The translations under genes and the position numbers were made by a program. Below, one piece after another: positions 1-10,563 of a stretch of 64,000 bases of DNA. How positions within the stretch are numbered: the stretch's first letter is position 1; every line of letters starts with the position of its first letter. Under the pieces are notes generated by a model. The model made no database searches and had not been told where the DNA came from. It was given only the letters and a program-made list of their open reading frames with translations. The DNA is from Bacteroidales bacterium (GTDB taxonomy: Bacteria; Bacteroidota; Bacteroidia; Bacteroidales; G3-4614): positions 1,697-65,696 of the forward strand of contig JAGBHI010000050.1 of assembly GCA_017935575.1 (NCBI GenBank), given 5' to 3'.

Positions 1-1
1 T

Positions 2-2428
2 ACATATATGGGAAGAACAGATGCAGAGGTAAGTGCCGATTTAAATGCTGAATTTACATGGGACGATGCATGGTTTGGAGGTTCATGTTTACAAGTGTCA
101 GGACAAACAGATTTGACATATTTACAACTATTCAAAACCAAATACGATGTTAAAGCAAATGACTATTTGACAATCAGATATAAATTTGTATCAGGAACAG
201 GAACATTATCATGGGCATGTTCGGCATGGGAAACAGAATCTACTCTTATAGAAAAGGAGATAAAGGGTGGAACTCCCGACGAAAATGGTTGGATAACAGT
301 AGAGACACAAGTAGGAGGTCGCTCTGGAATAAAACTTAATGATAAAGTATTAGCACAATTAGGTTTGAAATTCAAAAACACAAGCGATGATTTCAAGGTA
401 TTAATAGGTCAAATATCATTGACAAGAGGTAAAGTTGGTAAATCAAACAAACCAGCAACACCAACAATAGAGAAATCTCGTATGATGTCACGTAACTACA
501 AAGGTGTTGACATGAAGATAATCTACAATATGGAGTCTGCATATGCAGGAGAAGAGAAAGAGTTATGGGAGCCCATCTATAATAATGAAGTAGAGACTTC
601 ATATTTCCGTATCTACACACAACAAGAGGGAGAAGAAGCAAAAGTGTTTACTGCAACAACTTCGTGGGCAGCATATGTAGTTGCAGCACCCTATGATGCG
701 GTAAAAGGAGGAGGTTTGCGTATAGGAGTATCAGCAGTAAGTTTAGATTATGAAACTGAATCAGAGATAGCTTGGAGCGATTTCTTCTATCCCACAACAA
801 TTGATCCTATAATTGAGGAGGGAACAGAGATTGACAAACCTATAATCAAAGTAAATGAAGAGTTTACTTTGAAATATACCGACCCCAACCACCCTGCAGC
901 AACATGGGAGGTTATAAACTCGTTGACAGGAGCATCTATTAAGACATTTGCTAATACAACATCAATAACAATGTCGTTGCCAACAATAGGATCATACGAT
1001 ATTAAAATTACTAATGCAGACGGAACAGTTGCATATACAAGAGGTATTATACAAATTTCTCCTGATGAAACAGGAGCAATACCTATTATTGGATCATTAA
1101 CAGCAGATAAGACAAGTGTATATCCCGAAGAGAATATAACATTAACTACAACAACATCACGTCTTGGAGAGGGATCTGTATCGCGAGCAGTAAAAATAGA
1201 AGATCCCAATTTGTTACGTTTCCCTGCACTTGTACAATCTCGTCCATATACATATATGATGTGGTTTAAGGCTGAAAAGCTTACACACAATAATCAAGGA
1301 ACTAACTTGATTGATAAACGCAATATGGACGATACATGGCCTCATAATAACTGGGGAGATTTCTGGGTTACAATACGCCCGGAGATGTCTGCAAATAAAG
1401 AGGTTGGAGGAAGTACATATTCAGACAGAGTACACCCTGCTGATGAGATATCATTCAATACATATGGTTGGACAGAACATGATGTCCCCAATAGTAATAT
1501 GATGTCAAGTGACCATAGCGTAAAAGAGGGACAATGGACACACGTTGCTGTAACATTCGATACAGACGGAAAACAAAAAATGTATTTTAATGGTAAAAAA
1601 GTTGCAGAAACAACAACCTCTAAAATTACAAGCAATGGAGTACGTAACGGAGCAAGCAATGTATATGTAGGAGGTTCAAGCGTTTACAAGGCAGGATTTA
1701 ATGGTTGGGTTGATGAGTTCCAAGTATGGGACCGCGTATTAACTGATGCGGAGGTACAAACTGCAATGAAAGGTTATGCAACAGCACCAAGCGGATTACA
1801 AGGATATTGGACATTTGAAGAGACAACAGAAGTAGACGGAAATGCTGTATTCCCCAACTTAGGACAAAAGGGTTCTTCATATACAGCAGCTTACATAACT
1901 ATGAAGGACACAGATGACGGACAAGTAGAACAAAATCTGCCATTCTCACCTAATGAGTTAGGTAATCCAATGATTACAGGTGCATTGAATGTATCAACTG
2001 AGCTTGAATGGAATTTAGAAAAAGCAACCGTCTCAGGTCAAAACGATACTAAATCAATAATATCATACGATGCAGCAGGAACATACACTCCCGGTTTAAC
2101 CCTTAAAAATATGTGGGGTAGTGATAGCAAGGCCGTTGATGTAGTTGTTGTATCATGGCCTCAGGGAATAGAAGAATCAGCAGTAGAGATGTTGGGAGTA
2201 TATCCTAATCCTTTCACAGATTTCGTTAATCTATCATTTGCTAAAGAGGGAGAATATACAATAGAAATAGTAGCCCTTGATGGAAAATTGATAGAAAGCA
2301 AGCAATTCAATGCGACAGCAGGCGAATGTATGCGCGTTGATATCAATGGCGAAAAAGGAATGTATATAATAAAAGTATTAAACAATACCGATACAGCCGT
2401 AAGAACCTTGAAAGTAATCAAGAAGTAA
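2..2428 (+). CDS. GH85-like endo-beta-N-acetylglucosaminidase paralog 1 (5' end outside window); PKD/Ig-like, LamG-like and T9SS C-terminal domains
   Basis: Colinear with the C-terminal part of the two downstream paralogs (FTWDDAWFGGSCL, PHNNWGDFWV, GFNGWVDEFQVWDR); ends in a YPNPF...KVIKK T9SS sorting domain; frame is open to the window edge. Confidence 0.8.
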   Translation, partial: TYMGRTDAEVSADLNAEFTWDDAWFGGSCLQVSGQTDLTYLQLFKTKYDVKANDYLTIRYKFVSGTGTLSWACSAWETESTLIEKEIKGGTPDENGWITVETQVGGRSGIKLNDKVLAQLGLKFKNTSDDFKVLIGQISLTRGKVGKSNKPATPTIEKSRMMSRNYKGVDMKIIYNMESAYAGEEKELWEPIYNNEVETSYFRIYTQQEGEEAKVFTATTSWAAYVVAAPYDAVKGGGLRIGVSAVSLDYETESEIAWSDFFYPTTIDPIIEEGTEIDKPIIKVNEEFTLKYTDPNHPAATWEVINSLTGASIKTFANTTSITMSLPTIGSYDIKITNADGTVAYTRGIIQISPDETGAIPIIGSLTADKTSVYPEENITLTTTTSRLGEGSVSRAVKIEDPNLLRFPALVQSRPYTYMMWFKAEKLTHNNQGTNLIDKRNMDDTWPHNNWGDFWVTIRPEMSANKEVGGSTYSDRVHPADEISFNTYGWTEHDVPNSNMMSSDHSVKEGQWTHVAVTFDTDGKQKMYFNGKKVAETTTSKITSNGVRNGASNVYVGGSSVYKAGFNGWVDEFQVWDRVLTDAEVQTAMKGYATAPSGLQGYWTFEETTEVDGNAVFPNLGQKGSSYTAAYITMKDTDDGQVEQNLPFSPNELGNPMITGALNVSTELEWNLEKATVSGQNDTKSIISYDAAGTYTPGLTLKNMWGSDSKAVDVVVVSWPQGIEESAVEMLGVYPNPFTDFVNLSFAKEGEYTIEIVALDGKLIESKQFNATAGECMRVDINGEKGMYIIKVLNNTDTAVRTLKVIKK

Positions 2429-2452
2429 ACTTATTAATGTAATAATAAAGGT

Positions 2453-2480
2453 AAAAGGGCCACTTTCAAGTGGTCCTTTT
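2453..2480 (+). terminator. Intrinsic terminator
   Basis: AAAAGGGCCACT-TTCA-AGTGGTCCTTTT hairpin after the stop codon. Confidence 0.8.
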
Positions 2481-2662
2481 GTTGTATTAAAATAAAAATT
2501 ATTAAACGGTAACAACAATTTGTAAAAATAAATAAAAACAGCTAATTTTGTATTTGGTAAATTATATTATAGAAAAGTGTATGTTGTAGTATAAACCAAA
2601 AGCTATACATCTCTGAATTACAAAAGGTTCTGTATAAAAACATTCTTTAAATAAATTTATAA

Positions 2663-5600
2663 ATGAAAAAACTATTATTAATGGCCATTGCCATTGCAAC
2701 ATACGCAGGAAGCGTATTTGCACAAGCTATTCCATCTCACGATAAATACGTAGAGATAGGAAGTTCACAAAAAACATGGTATCAAGCATACCAAAATTGG
2801 CAGCCCGGAACACCGTTGTATAATGGCGATTCAAAGGCAGCATCAAACGAACAATTCTTCATCTCTCGTGTAAAACCACGTAAACGTTTTACATTTACAG
2901 CAACGCAAGTAAAAGAGACCCTTAACCCCGAACGTAAAGTTTTGTGGTGGTGTCCAATTAACGAGTCATCATGGAATGCACTTCCATCATACTTCTTTAA
3001 TGGAGAGGCATACTCAATGTGGAACTATACCGATACATACGGAAACTGGACAGCTCCTATGATTCAAGCACCGGCAGCATTCCTTGATGTATGTCATAAA
3101 AATGGAGTACGTTCGGGTGTTGTTGCTTCAGTACCATATGGAGCATCGCCATCACCAAACGATGGAGGTCATGGCTCTAATATCAATGCACTTATAAACG
3201 GAGGATACGAAAAACTACTAAAATATCTTCGTTATTATGGAGTAGATGGTATTGGATTTAACTCAGAGTTCTCATGGAGTCTATTAGATCCTACAGGTTT
3301 CAAAAACTTGATGGGTAATTGTTACTCTAATGCAGAGGCTTACGGAGTACCTTTTAACAATGCATGGTACTCATTTACAGCAAACGGAGGAAGTTTTGGT
3401 GATTATAGTGTACTTAATAGTGGTTGTGTAGAGTGGTTCCACTATAACGGTAAAAAAGTATCAGATGCATACTTCTTGAATTATAACTGGTCATCATCAC
3501 AATTAAATACATCACAACAAACAGCCGAAGGCGTTGGCCGTTCAGGATTTGATGTGTATGGAGGAATGGACTTTCAAGGACGTTCACAAGCATCTTGGAT
3601 TTCTCTAAAGGACTATAATATTTCGTTTGGTATTTGGGGAGCACACAATACAAATATGATATATATAAATCAAGGAGAAAATGGTTCAACACCAGTACAA
3701 AAACAATTGACATACCAAAAAATTAGTGAGAATGTATTTACAGGAGCTTCATATAACCCTGTAAACACACCTCAAATAACAAATCTATTGTGTCACACAT
3801 CAAAATCAACAAAATTCCACGGATTCTCAAGTTTTATTACCGCACGTAGTACATTGACTCCTCAAGACGGAGGCGATTTATCAACAGATCCTTTTGTAAC
3901 ATATTTCAATATGGGTAACGGTCAATTCTGGAAAGAGAACGGCGAAATAGCATATAATGGAGTATGGTACAATATTGGAATGCAAGATTTCTTACCTTCA
4001 TGGCGTTGGTGGTGGACATCAACCTTTATGGGAAAAGATGCATCACTTGCATCAACCGATATGGAGGCTCTATTCAATTGGGAGGACTCATGGTTTGGAG
4101 GAACATCTCTTGAAATAAAAGGCTCAACAGAAAAGTCATATTTGCAGCTTTTCAAAACAAAATATCCCACAAACAGCACTGGAGATTACTTGACAATACG
4201 TTATAAAGTTCTTTCAGGAACAGGAAAAATGTCATGGGCATGTTCTAAAGAGTCTGCACCTAAAACAGAGGTTTCAGCTTCAATTGTAAATGTTACCTCA
4301 AATACAGAAATTGGAAACTGGGTTGAGAAACAAATTCAAATAACAAGTGGTCGTAATGGTATAAAATTACAAAACGATGTAGTTTGTCTATTAGGATTGA
4401 AATTTGAGAACACATCATCTGATTTCAAAATTCTTATAGGAGAGGTTGCATTAACAAGAGGTAAGCCAGGTAGCGTTGCCGCACCATCTGCTCCAACAAT
4501 TTTGTCATCTGAGGTCCTCTCATATAACTACAAGGGAGCAGACGTTAAAGTTGTGTTTGATATGACTGCAAACGATACAAAATCATCAGGCCGTCAAGCA
4601 TATCAGACAATCTATAATAGTGATGTAAAAACTTGGTTCTACAAAATATATGTACGTCAAACAGGCGGAGAACCTAAACTATGTACATCTACAACATCAT
4701 GGGCTTCATACGTTGTAGCAGCACCTTATGATGCAGAGTTGGGTGGTAAAATACAAGTTGGAGTAAGTGCCGTAAGTTTGGACGGTCGCAAAGAGTCAGC
4801 AATTGCATGGGGTAATGAGCTTACATTACCATCACCCGTAATTATTGAGGGAGCAGAGGTTGACAAACCGGTAATCAAACCCAATGAGGAGTTTACCGTA
4901 AGTTTTATGGATCCTAACCACCCCAAAGGAACATGGGAAATAATAAACTCAGCAACAGGAAGTACAGTTAAGACAGTTTCTAATGCATCAGGAGTAACAA
5001 CATCACTTTCTGAAGTAGGAATGTATGATGTTAAGATTACAGCAGGTTCAACAGTATCATACACACGCGGACTTATTCAAGTTTCACCCGAAAGTACAGG
5101 AACAATGCCTCTGTTGTCTTCGTTTACAGCCGATAAGATGAGTGCAACAACTGATGATAAAATAAACCTATCATATGTTGCAGACCGTTTAGGAGAAGGA
5201 AAGGTATCGCGTGCTGTTAAAGTTGATGACCCATATATGTTGCGATTCCCTACATTAAAAGCAACAGCACCTTATACATATATGATGTGGTTCAAAGCAG
5301 AATCAATTTCTCACGATACACAAGGAACAAACCTAATAAGTAAAACATCATTCACTGATGTATGGCCTCACGATAACTGGGGAGACTTCTGGGTACAAAT
5401 TCGTCCAGAATATGGCGATCATGCAGAAAATGAAATCTCATTCAATGTATATGGTTGGACAGCGCACGACAATCCAAATACAAATATGATGTCAACAGGA
5501 TATAGTGTAAATCTTGATCAATGGACTCACATTGCCATTACATTAGGTACAGATAAAACAGAAAAAATGTATTTCAATGGACGATTGGTTGCTTCAACCG

Positions 5601-6427
5601 TGGATAATATGGTTTCAAACAACGGACAAAGAAGTAATGGAGATGTATATATCGGAGGAAGTGGTGTTTACAAGGCAGGATTTAATGGTTGGGTTGATGA
5701 TTTCCAAGTATGGGATCGTGTATTAACAGATGCCGAAGTTAAAACAGCCATGAACGGATATGCAGAAGGAGCATCAATACCAAGTGGATTATTAGGTTAT
5801 TGGGATTTTGAAACCCTTGAAAGTGATGGAGAGTCATTCCCTAACCGTGGAACAAAAGGTTCTTCATACAAAGCACAATATGTTGAGAAGATAACAGGTA
5901 ACGGTTCAACATATTGCGAGACAAGAGCCGTAAACAACGATCAATTAGGTATGCCTATTCTTCCAGGTTCATTAGAGGTTAAAACAACTGCAAAATGGGA
6001 CGTTGCACCCGGAACAGTAGTAGAAACAAGCGGAACAGCTGCTGCAGGAACTGCAAAAGTTTCATATGCAGTAGAGGGACAATACACTCCAAAACTAACT
6101 CTTGAGAATATGTGGGGTAGCGATAGTAAAACAATAGACTTTATTACTATAACACAAGGAACCGGATTAGAAGATGCAGTAGTAGAGGAGATGGGAGTAT
6201 ATCCTAACCCATTCACTGACTTTGTAAACATTATGTTTACACAAGAGGGTGTATATACAGCTCAAATAGTAGCACTTGACGGACGTTTGATAGAAGATAA
6301 ACAGATGTCGGTAAATGCTAACGAAGGAGTAAGAATTGATATTAATGGAGAGAGCGGAGCATATATCCTACGTATTCTAAATGAAGAAGGAGTGGCAGTT
6401 CGTACAATGAAGATTATTAAAAAATAA
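2663..6427 (+). CDS. GH85-like endo-beta-N-acetylglucosaminidase paralog 2, signal peptide, T9SS CTD
   Basis: Sec signal MKKLLLMAIAIATYAGSVFAQ; GH85-type catalytic segment YYGVDGIGFNSE (N-x-E); FVTYFNMGNG and WYNIGMQD motifs; LamG-like domain; YPNPF CTD. Confidence 0.85.
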   Translation: MKKLLLMAIAIATYAGSVFAQAIPSHDKYVEIGSSQKTWYQAYQNWQPGTPLYNGDSKAASNEQFFISRVKPRKRFTFTATQVKETLNPERKVLWWCPINESSWNALPSYFFNGEAYSMWNYTDTYGNWTAPMIQAPAAFLDVCHKNGVRSGVVASVPYGASPSPNDGGHGSNINALINGGYEKLLKYLRYYGVDGIGFNSEFSWSLLDPTGFKNLMGNCYSNAEAYGVPFNNAWYSFTANGGSFGDYSVLNSGCVEWFHYNGKKVSDAYFLNYNWSSSQLNTSQQTAEGVGRSGFDVYGGMDFQGRSQASWISLKDYNISFGIWGAHNTNMIYINQGENGSTPVQKQLTYQKISENVFTGASYNPVNTPQITNLLCHTSKSTKFHGFSSFITARSTLTPQDGGDLSTDPFVTYFNMGNGQFWKENGEIAYNGVWYNIGMQDFLPSWRWWWTSTFMGKDASLASTDMEALFNWEDSWFGGTSLEIKGSTEKSYLQLFKTKYPTNSTGDYLTIRYKVLSGTGKMSWACSKESAPKTEVSASIVNVTSNTEIGNWVEKQIQITSGRNGIKLQNDVVCLLGLKFENTSSDFKILIGEVALTRGKPGSVAAPSAPTILSSEVLSYNYKGADVKVVFDMTANDTKSSGRQAYQTIYNSDVKTWFYKIYVRQTGGEPKLCTSTTSWASYVVAAPYDAELGGKIQVGVSAVSLDGRKESAIAWGNELTLPSPVIIEGAEVDKPVIKPNEEFTVSFMDPNHPKGTWEIINSATGSTVKTVSNASGVTTSLSEVGMYDVKITAGSTVSYTRGLIQVSPESTGTMPLLSSFTADKMSATTDDKINLSYVADRLGEGKVSRAVKVDDPYMLRFPTLKATAPYTYMMWFKAESISHDTQGTNLISKTSFTDVWPHDNWGDFWVQIRPEYGDHAENEISFNVYGWTAHDNPNTNMMSTGYSVNLDQWTHIAITLGTDKTEKMYFNGRLVASTVDNMVSNNGQRSNGDVYIGGSGVYKAGFNGWVDDFQVWDRVLTDAEVKTAMNGYAEGASIPSGLLGYWDFETLESDGESFPNRGTKGSSYKAQYVEKITGNGSTYCETRAVNNDQLGMPILPGSLEVKTTAKWDVAPGTVVETSGTAAAGTAKVSYAVEGQYTPKLTLENMWGSDSKTIDFITITQGTGLEDAVVEEMGVYPNPFTDFVNIMFTQEGVYTAQIVALDGRLIEDKQMSVNANEGVRIDINGESGAYILRILNEEGVAVRTMKIIKK

Positions 6428-6452
6428 TCAACCACGTTAATATAGCCTACCC

Positions 6453-6486
6453 AAAGGAGGAATCTCTTATGAGGTTCCTTCTTTTT
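6453..6486 (+). terminator. Intrinsic terminator
   Basis: AAAGGAGGAATCTC-TTAT-GAGGTTCCTTCTTT hairpin with T-run. Confidence 0.75.
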
Positions 6487-6525
6487 ATATCTATTTAATA
6501 ATGGTATAATTGTCTAAAAAAATAT

Positions 6526-6533
6526 TATCTTTG
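6526..6533 (+). promoter_or_regulatory. Bacteroidetes sigma-A -7 element for GH85 paralog 3
   Basis: TATCTTTG matches TAnnTTTG. Confidence 0.55.
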
Positions 6534-6549
6534 CGGTAGATACTACCGC

Positions 6550-6618
6550 GAAAATATGTTACACCTTGGCATAGCTCAAACAAGTTTGACACTGCTTTTG
6601 GTTAGCACTATATTTGCA
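6550..6618 (-). repeat. Degenerate Bacteroidales interspersed structured repeat
   Basis: Minus strand reads ATAGTGCTAACCAAAAGCAGTGTCAAACTTGTTTGAGCTATGCCAAGGTGTAAC, resembling a repeat I recall from Prevotella/Bacteroides intergenic DNA; internal hairpin TCAAAC-AA-GTTTGA. Confidence 0.4.
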
Positions 6619-6654
6619 ATAATAATCTACTGTAAAAACATAAAGCATAAATAT

Positions 6655-9600
6655 ATGAAAAGAGTTTTAGCTGTTGTAGCAATACTACTATTACCATTAT
6701 GTACCTACTCACAATCGGCACCTCAACATGAGATGTATGTTAAGATAGGGTCGGAGAGTGCAACTTGGACCCAGGCATATGCAAATTGGTCTCCAGGAAA
6801 TGAGGCATTATATCAAAACCTTGATGAGGAGGCTGCAGAGAATGAACAATTCTTTATTTCACGAGTAAAGCCTCGTGCACGTTTTACAAATGCATATACG
6901 CAGGTAAGAGTGTCTCAAAATCCGGAACGTAAGTTCCTATGGTGGTGTCCTATAGGAGGAGATGGTTGGAATGCCTTGCCCTCATATTTCTTTGGCGGAG
7001 AGGTATGGACAATGTGGAGTTACACTGATATTTGGGGAAACTGGACAGCTCCATTTGTAACTATGCCTGCAGCTATGCTTGATATATGCCACAAGAATGG
7101 CGTAAAAATATCGTGTGTTGCCCCTATAGCATGGGCTGCATATATAACTCCCACATCAGAAGGTTACGGACAGATGCTTGCTCGTATGTTAACTGATGGT
7201 CCTGAGAAGTTTATCAAATATTTAAAGTACTATGGAGTAGATGGTATAGGTTGGAATTCTGAGTTTGATTTCAGCCGATTAAAACTTTCATCAGGACCTT
7301 ATAAAGGACAAGAATTTCATACAGCAACAAAACTATTCTTTGGAGATTGTTATGAAACAGCCGAAACCTATGGAGTTCCTTTCCATAACTGTTGGTATTC
7401 AATGATTAAGAATTTAGGAACAATGCCCTGTCCATCGCCACTTGATGAGACAAACAAAGATTGGTTTCACTACAATGGGAAACCAACATCAACAGTATAT
7501 TTTACAAATTACGGAGCAGATTTGTCTGTCTCTCAAGAGACACATGCAGCAAACTTTCCAGAGCGTTCATTATTTGATGTCTTCATGGGAGTAGATTATC
7601 AAGCGGGAACAGCCCTAAAAGAGTGGAAACAACTTAACAATTATGACATATCATTAGGAATATGGGGGGCACATAACAGAAATCTTATTTATGAACAGCG
7701 AGGAGAAAGAGGTTCTGCCCCCTTGCAGATGCAAAAGACATATCAAAAGTTATTAGAAACAGCCTTTACAGGTTCAACAGGTAATCCGATAAATCCCCCG
7801 GCAATAAATAGTTACACCAAATTTAGTACAACATCAACAGATGCTTATGGTTGGGCTCAATATATTGTGGCAAAGAGTGTATTAACATGTGACGATTTAT
7901 CAACCGATCCATTTGTTACAAACTTTAACTTAGGTAACGGAAACTTCTTTAATGTGGCAGGGGAGCGTCAAGCTGATACTGAGTGGTATAACATAGGAAT
8001 ACAAGATTATATGCCAACATGGCGTTGGTGGGCAACCAATACCTATATGGGCAGAACTGAAGAAGAGGTAAGTACTGATTTAAGTATGGAGTTTACATGG
8101 GACGATGCCTGGTTCGGAGGTTCATGTTTGCAAATATCTGGAGCAACAGATAAAACATACTTACAACTCTTTAAAACCAAATATGCTACTGCCAAATCAG
8201 GAGACTATTTGACAATACGTTATAAAGTCCTTTCAGGAACAGGAACAATAGCATGGGCATGTTCAAAAGAGGAAACAGAGACAACCTCTGTTGAAAAAGT
8301 CATAAAATCGGGAGCAATGCCACAGTCAGGAGACGAAGATGAAAACGGTTGGGTAACTATTAGCACACAAATCAGTAATCGTCAGTTAAAGTTGCATAGT
8401 TCTACCATAGCGCAAATAGGTTTGAAATTTACCAATACTTCCGATGACTTTAAAATATTAATAGGTCAAATATCATTAACAAGAGGAGAAGTAGGTAGTT
8501 CTGCAGTACCCAATATCCCTGTTGTTGATAAGGTTAAGATGATGGCTCGTAACTACAAGGGCGTTGATATGAAAATCATATATAATATGACTGATGCATA
8601 CGCAGGAGAACCAAAAGAGGCATATGAACCGATATACAACTCAGATGTATTAACATCACAATATCGTATATATATCCAACAAGAGGGGCAAGAAGCAAAA
8701 GTATTTACGGCAACAACCTCGTGGGCAGCATATGTTGTAGCGGCTCCGTATGATACAGAAATAGGAGGAGGAATACGTATCGGAGTATCGGCAGTGAGTC
8801 TTGATGGCGAAAAGGAGAGTGAAATAGCTTGGGGTGAATGGTTGTATCCTATGAATATTGAACCAACAATAGTTGAAGGAACAGTTATTGATAAACCTAT
8901 AATAAAAGCGAATGAAGAATTTACAATAAAATATATTGACAGCAATCACCCTGCAGCTACATGGGAGGTTATAAACTCGTTGACAGGAGCATCTGTACAA
9001 ATATTCAATAATACAAAATCAATAACACTATCATTATCAACCGAAGGCTCATACGATGTAAAAATAACCAATGGTGATGGGACAGTTGCATACACTCGCG
9101 GAATTATTCAAGTATCGCCTATTGGAACAGGAGCGATACCTATTCTAACTTCTCTTACAGCAAGTACAAATGAGGCATATAAAGATGATGAAATAACATT
9201 GTCATATACAACATCTCGTTTAGGAGAGGGAGCAGTATCTCGTTCAGTAAAAGTGGAAGATCCCAATTTATTACGTTTCCCCGAGGTGGTAGGTTCACGT
9301 CCATACACATATATGATGTGGTTCAAGACCGATAAACTAACCCACAATAGCCAAGGAACAAATTTAATTGATAAACGAAGTTTTACTGAGTCATGGCCAC
9401 ACAATAATTGGGGCGATTTCTGGGTAACTATTCGTCCTGAGCAAATGGCACTAAAAGAGACAGGGGCTACATCAACTGCCGAAGATAAAAAACACCCTGC
9501 AAACGAGATATCGTTTAATACTTACGGTTGGACAGAACATGATTGTCCCAATTCTAATATGATGTCAAACGACCATAGTGTAAATGAAGGACAATGGACA

Positions 9601-10500
9601 CACATAGCAGTAACATTTGGAGTTGATAATAAACAAAAGATGTATTTCAACGGGAAAAAAGTTGCAGAAACCACAATCCAACATATAACAAACAATGCCG
9701 TAAGAGTAGAGGGAAGTAGTGTATATGTAGGAGGAACAAGTGTATATAAGAGCGGATTTAATGGTTGGGTAGATGAATTCCAAGTATGGGATCGAGTACT
9801 TTCCGATACAGAAATACAAACAGCCATGAAAGGATATACAACTGCACCAAGCGGTTTGCAAGGCTATTGGACATTTGAAACAACCACAGAGAATAGCGAA
9901 GGTAAGAAAGTATTTCCCAATTTAGGACAGAAAGGTTCGTCATATGTTGCAGAGATGGTATCAACATTAGGAGAAGAGAATGCCTCTTCAGGAAAAGTAG
10001 AGACCGTAATAAATGCATCAAACGATGAATTAGGTAACCCAATGATTTCAGGAAGCTATCAAGTAACAACAACTCCGGAGTGGGATACTACTGAAGCAGA
10101 GTTGGCAACATTGTCAAATGGAGCAAAAATATCATATAATGCGACAGGAACATATACAGCAGGTTTAACCCTTAAAAATATGTGGGGAAGTAGCGAAACC
10201 AAAATGGTTGATATAGTAATAGTTCCATATCCAGAGGGAATAGAAGAGGCGGTTGTTGAGCATATGAGTCTATATCCCAATCCCTTTACCGATTATGTAA
10301 ACTTATCGTTTGCTAAAGAGGGTACATACACAATAGATATAGTAGCACTTGACGGAAAATTGATAGAGAGTAAATCGCTATCAGTAGAGGCAAATGAGAT
10401 AGTAAGGGTAGATGTAGATGGAGACAAAGGAATATATATTCTAAAAGTAGTTGCCGAAAATCAATCGGTAGTACGAACAATAAAAGTTGTCAAGAGATAA
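6655..10500 (+). CDS. GH85-like endo-beta-N-acetylglucosaminidase paralog 3, signal peptide, T9SS CTD
   Basis: Start moved to ATG 6655 (MKRVLAVVAILLLPLCTYS signal peptide); YYGVDGIGWNSE; same domain order as paralog 2; YPNPF CTD. Confidence 0.85.
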   Translation: MKRVLAVVAILLLPLCTYSQSAPQHEMYVKIGSESATWTQAYANWSPGNEALYQNLDEEAAENEQFFISRVKPRARFTNAYTQVRVSQNPERKFLWWCPIGGDGWNALPSYFFGGEVWTMWSYTDIWGNWTAPFVTMPAAMLDICHKNGVKISCVAPIAWAAYITPTSEGYGQMLARMLTDGPEKFIKYLKYYGVDGIGWNSEFDFSRLKLSSGPYKGQEFHTATKLFFGDCYETAETYGVPFHNCWYSMIKNLGTMPCPSPLDETNKDWFHYNGKPTSTVYFTNYGADLSVSQETHAANFPERSLFDVFMGVDYQAGTALKEWKQLNNYDISLGIWGAHNRNLIYEQRGERGSAPLQMQKTYQKLLETAFTGSTGNPINPPAINSYTKFSTTSTDAYGWAQYIVAKSVLTCDDLSTDPFVTNFNLGNGNFFNVAGERQADTEWYNIGIQDYMPTWRWWATNTYMGRTEEEVSTDLSMEFTWDDAWFGGSCLQISGATDKTYLQLFKTKYATAKSGDYLTIRYKVLSGTGTIAWACSKEETETTSVEKVIKSGAMPQSGDEDENGWVTISTQISNRQLKLHSSTIAQIGLKFTNTSDDFKILIGQISLTRGEVGSSAVPNIPVVDKVKMMARNYKGVDMKIIYNMTDAYAGEPKEAYEPIYNSDVLTSQYRIYIQQEGQEAKVFTATTSWAAYVVAAPYDTEIGGGIRIGVSAVSLDGEKESEIAWGEWLYPMNIEPTIVEGTVIDKPIIKANEEFTIKYIDSNHPAATWEVINSLTGASVQIFNNTKSITLSLSTEGSYDVKITNGDGTVAYTRGIIQVSPIGTGAIPILTSLTASTNEAYKDDEITLSYTTSRLGEGAVSRSVKVEDPNLLRFPEVVGSRPYTYMMWFKTDKLTHNSQGTNLIDKRSFTESWPHNNWGDFWVTIRPEQMALKETGATSTAEDKKHPANEISFNTYGWTEHDCPNSNMMSNDHSVNEGQWTHIAVTFGVDNKQKMYFNGKKVAETTIQHITNNAVRVEGSSVYVGGTSVYKSGFNGWVDEFQVWDRVLSDTEIQTAMKGYTTAPSGLQGYWTFETTTENSEGKKVFPNLGQKGSSYVAEMVSTLGEENASSGKVETVINASNDELGNPMISGSYQVTTTPEWDTTEAELATLSNGAKISYNATGTYTAGLTLKNMWGSSETKMVDIVIVPYPEGIEEAVVEHMSLYPNPFTDYVNLSFAKEGTYTIDIVALDGKLIESKSLSVEANEIVRVDVDGDKGIYILKVVAENQSVVRTIKVVKR

Positions 10501-10563
10501 TTTTATAATTTAAAATAGGGATACAGCATATTGTGTCCGCATATATATTCATACCAACACTAT

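Noticed and set aside
6556-6654. Upstream start for GH85 paralog 3
   Set aside because: It translates a repeat-like leader; the signal peptide starts at 6655, matching paralog 2.
163-10280. Recurrent antisense ORFs inside the three GH85 genes, and similar ones across the window
   Set aside because: They recur only because the sense genes are paralogous and codon-biased; no independent coding signal.
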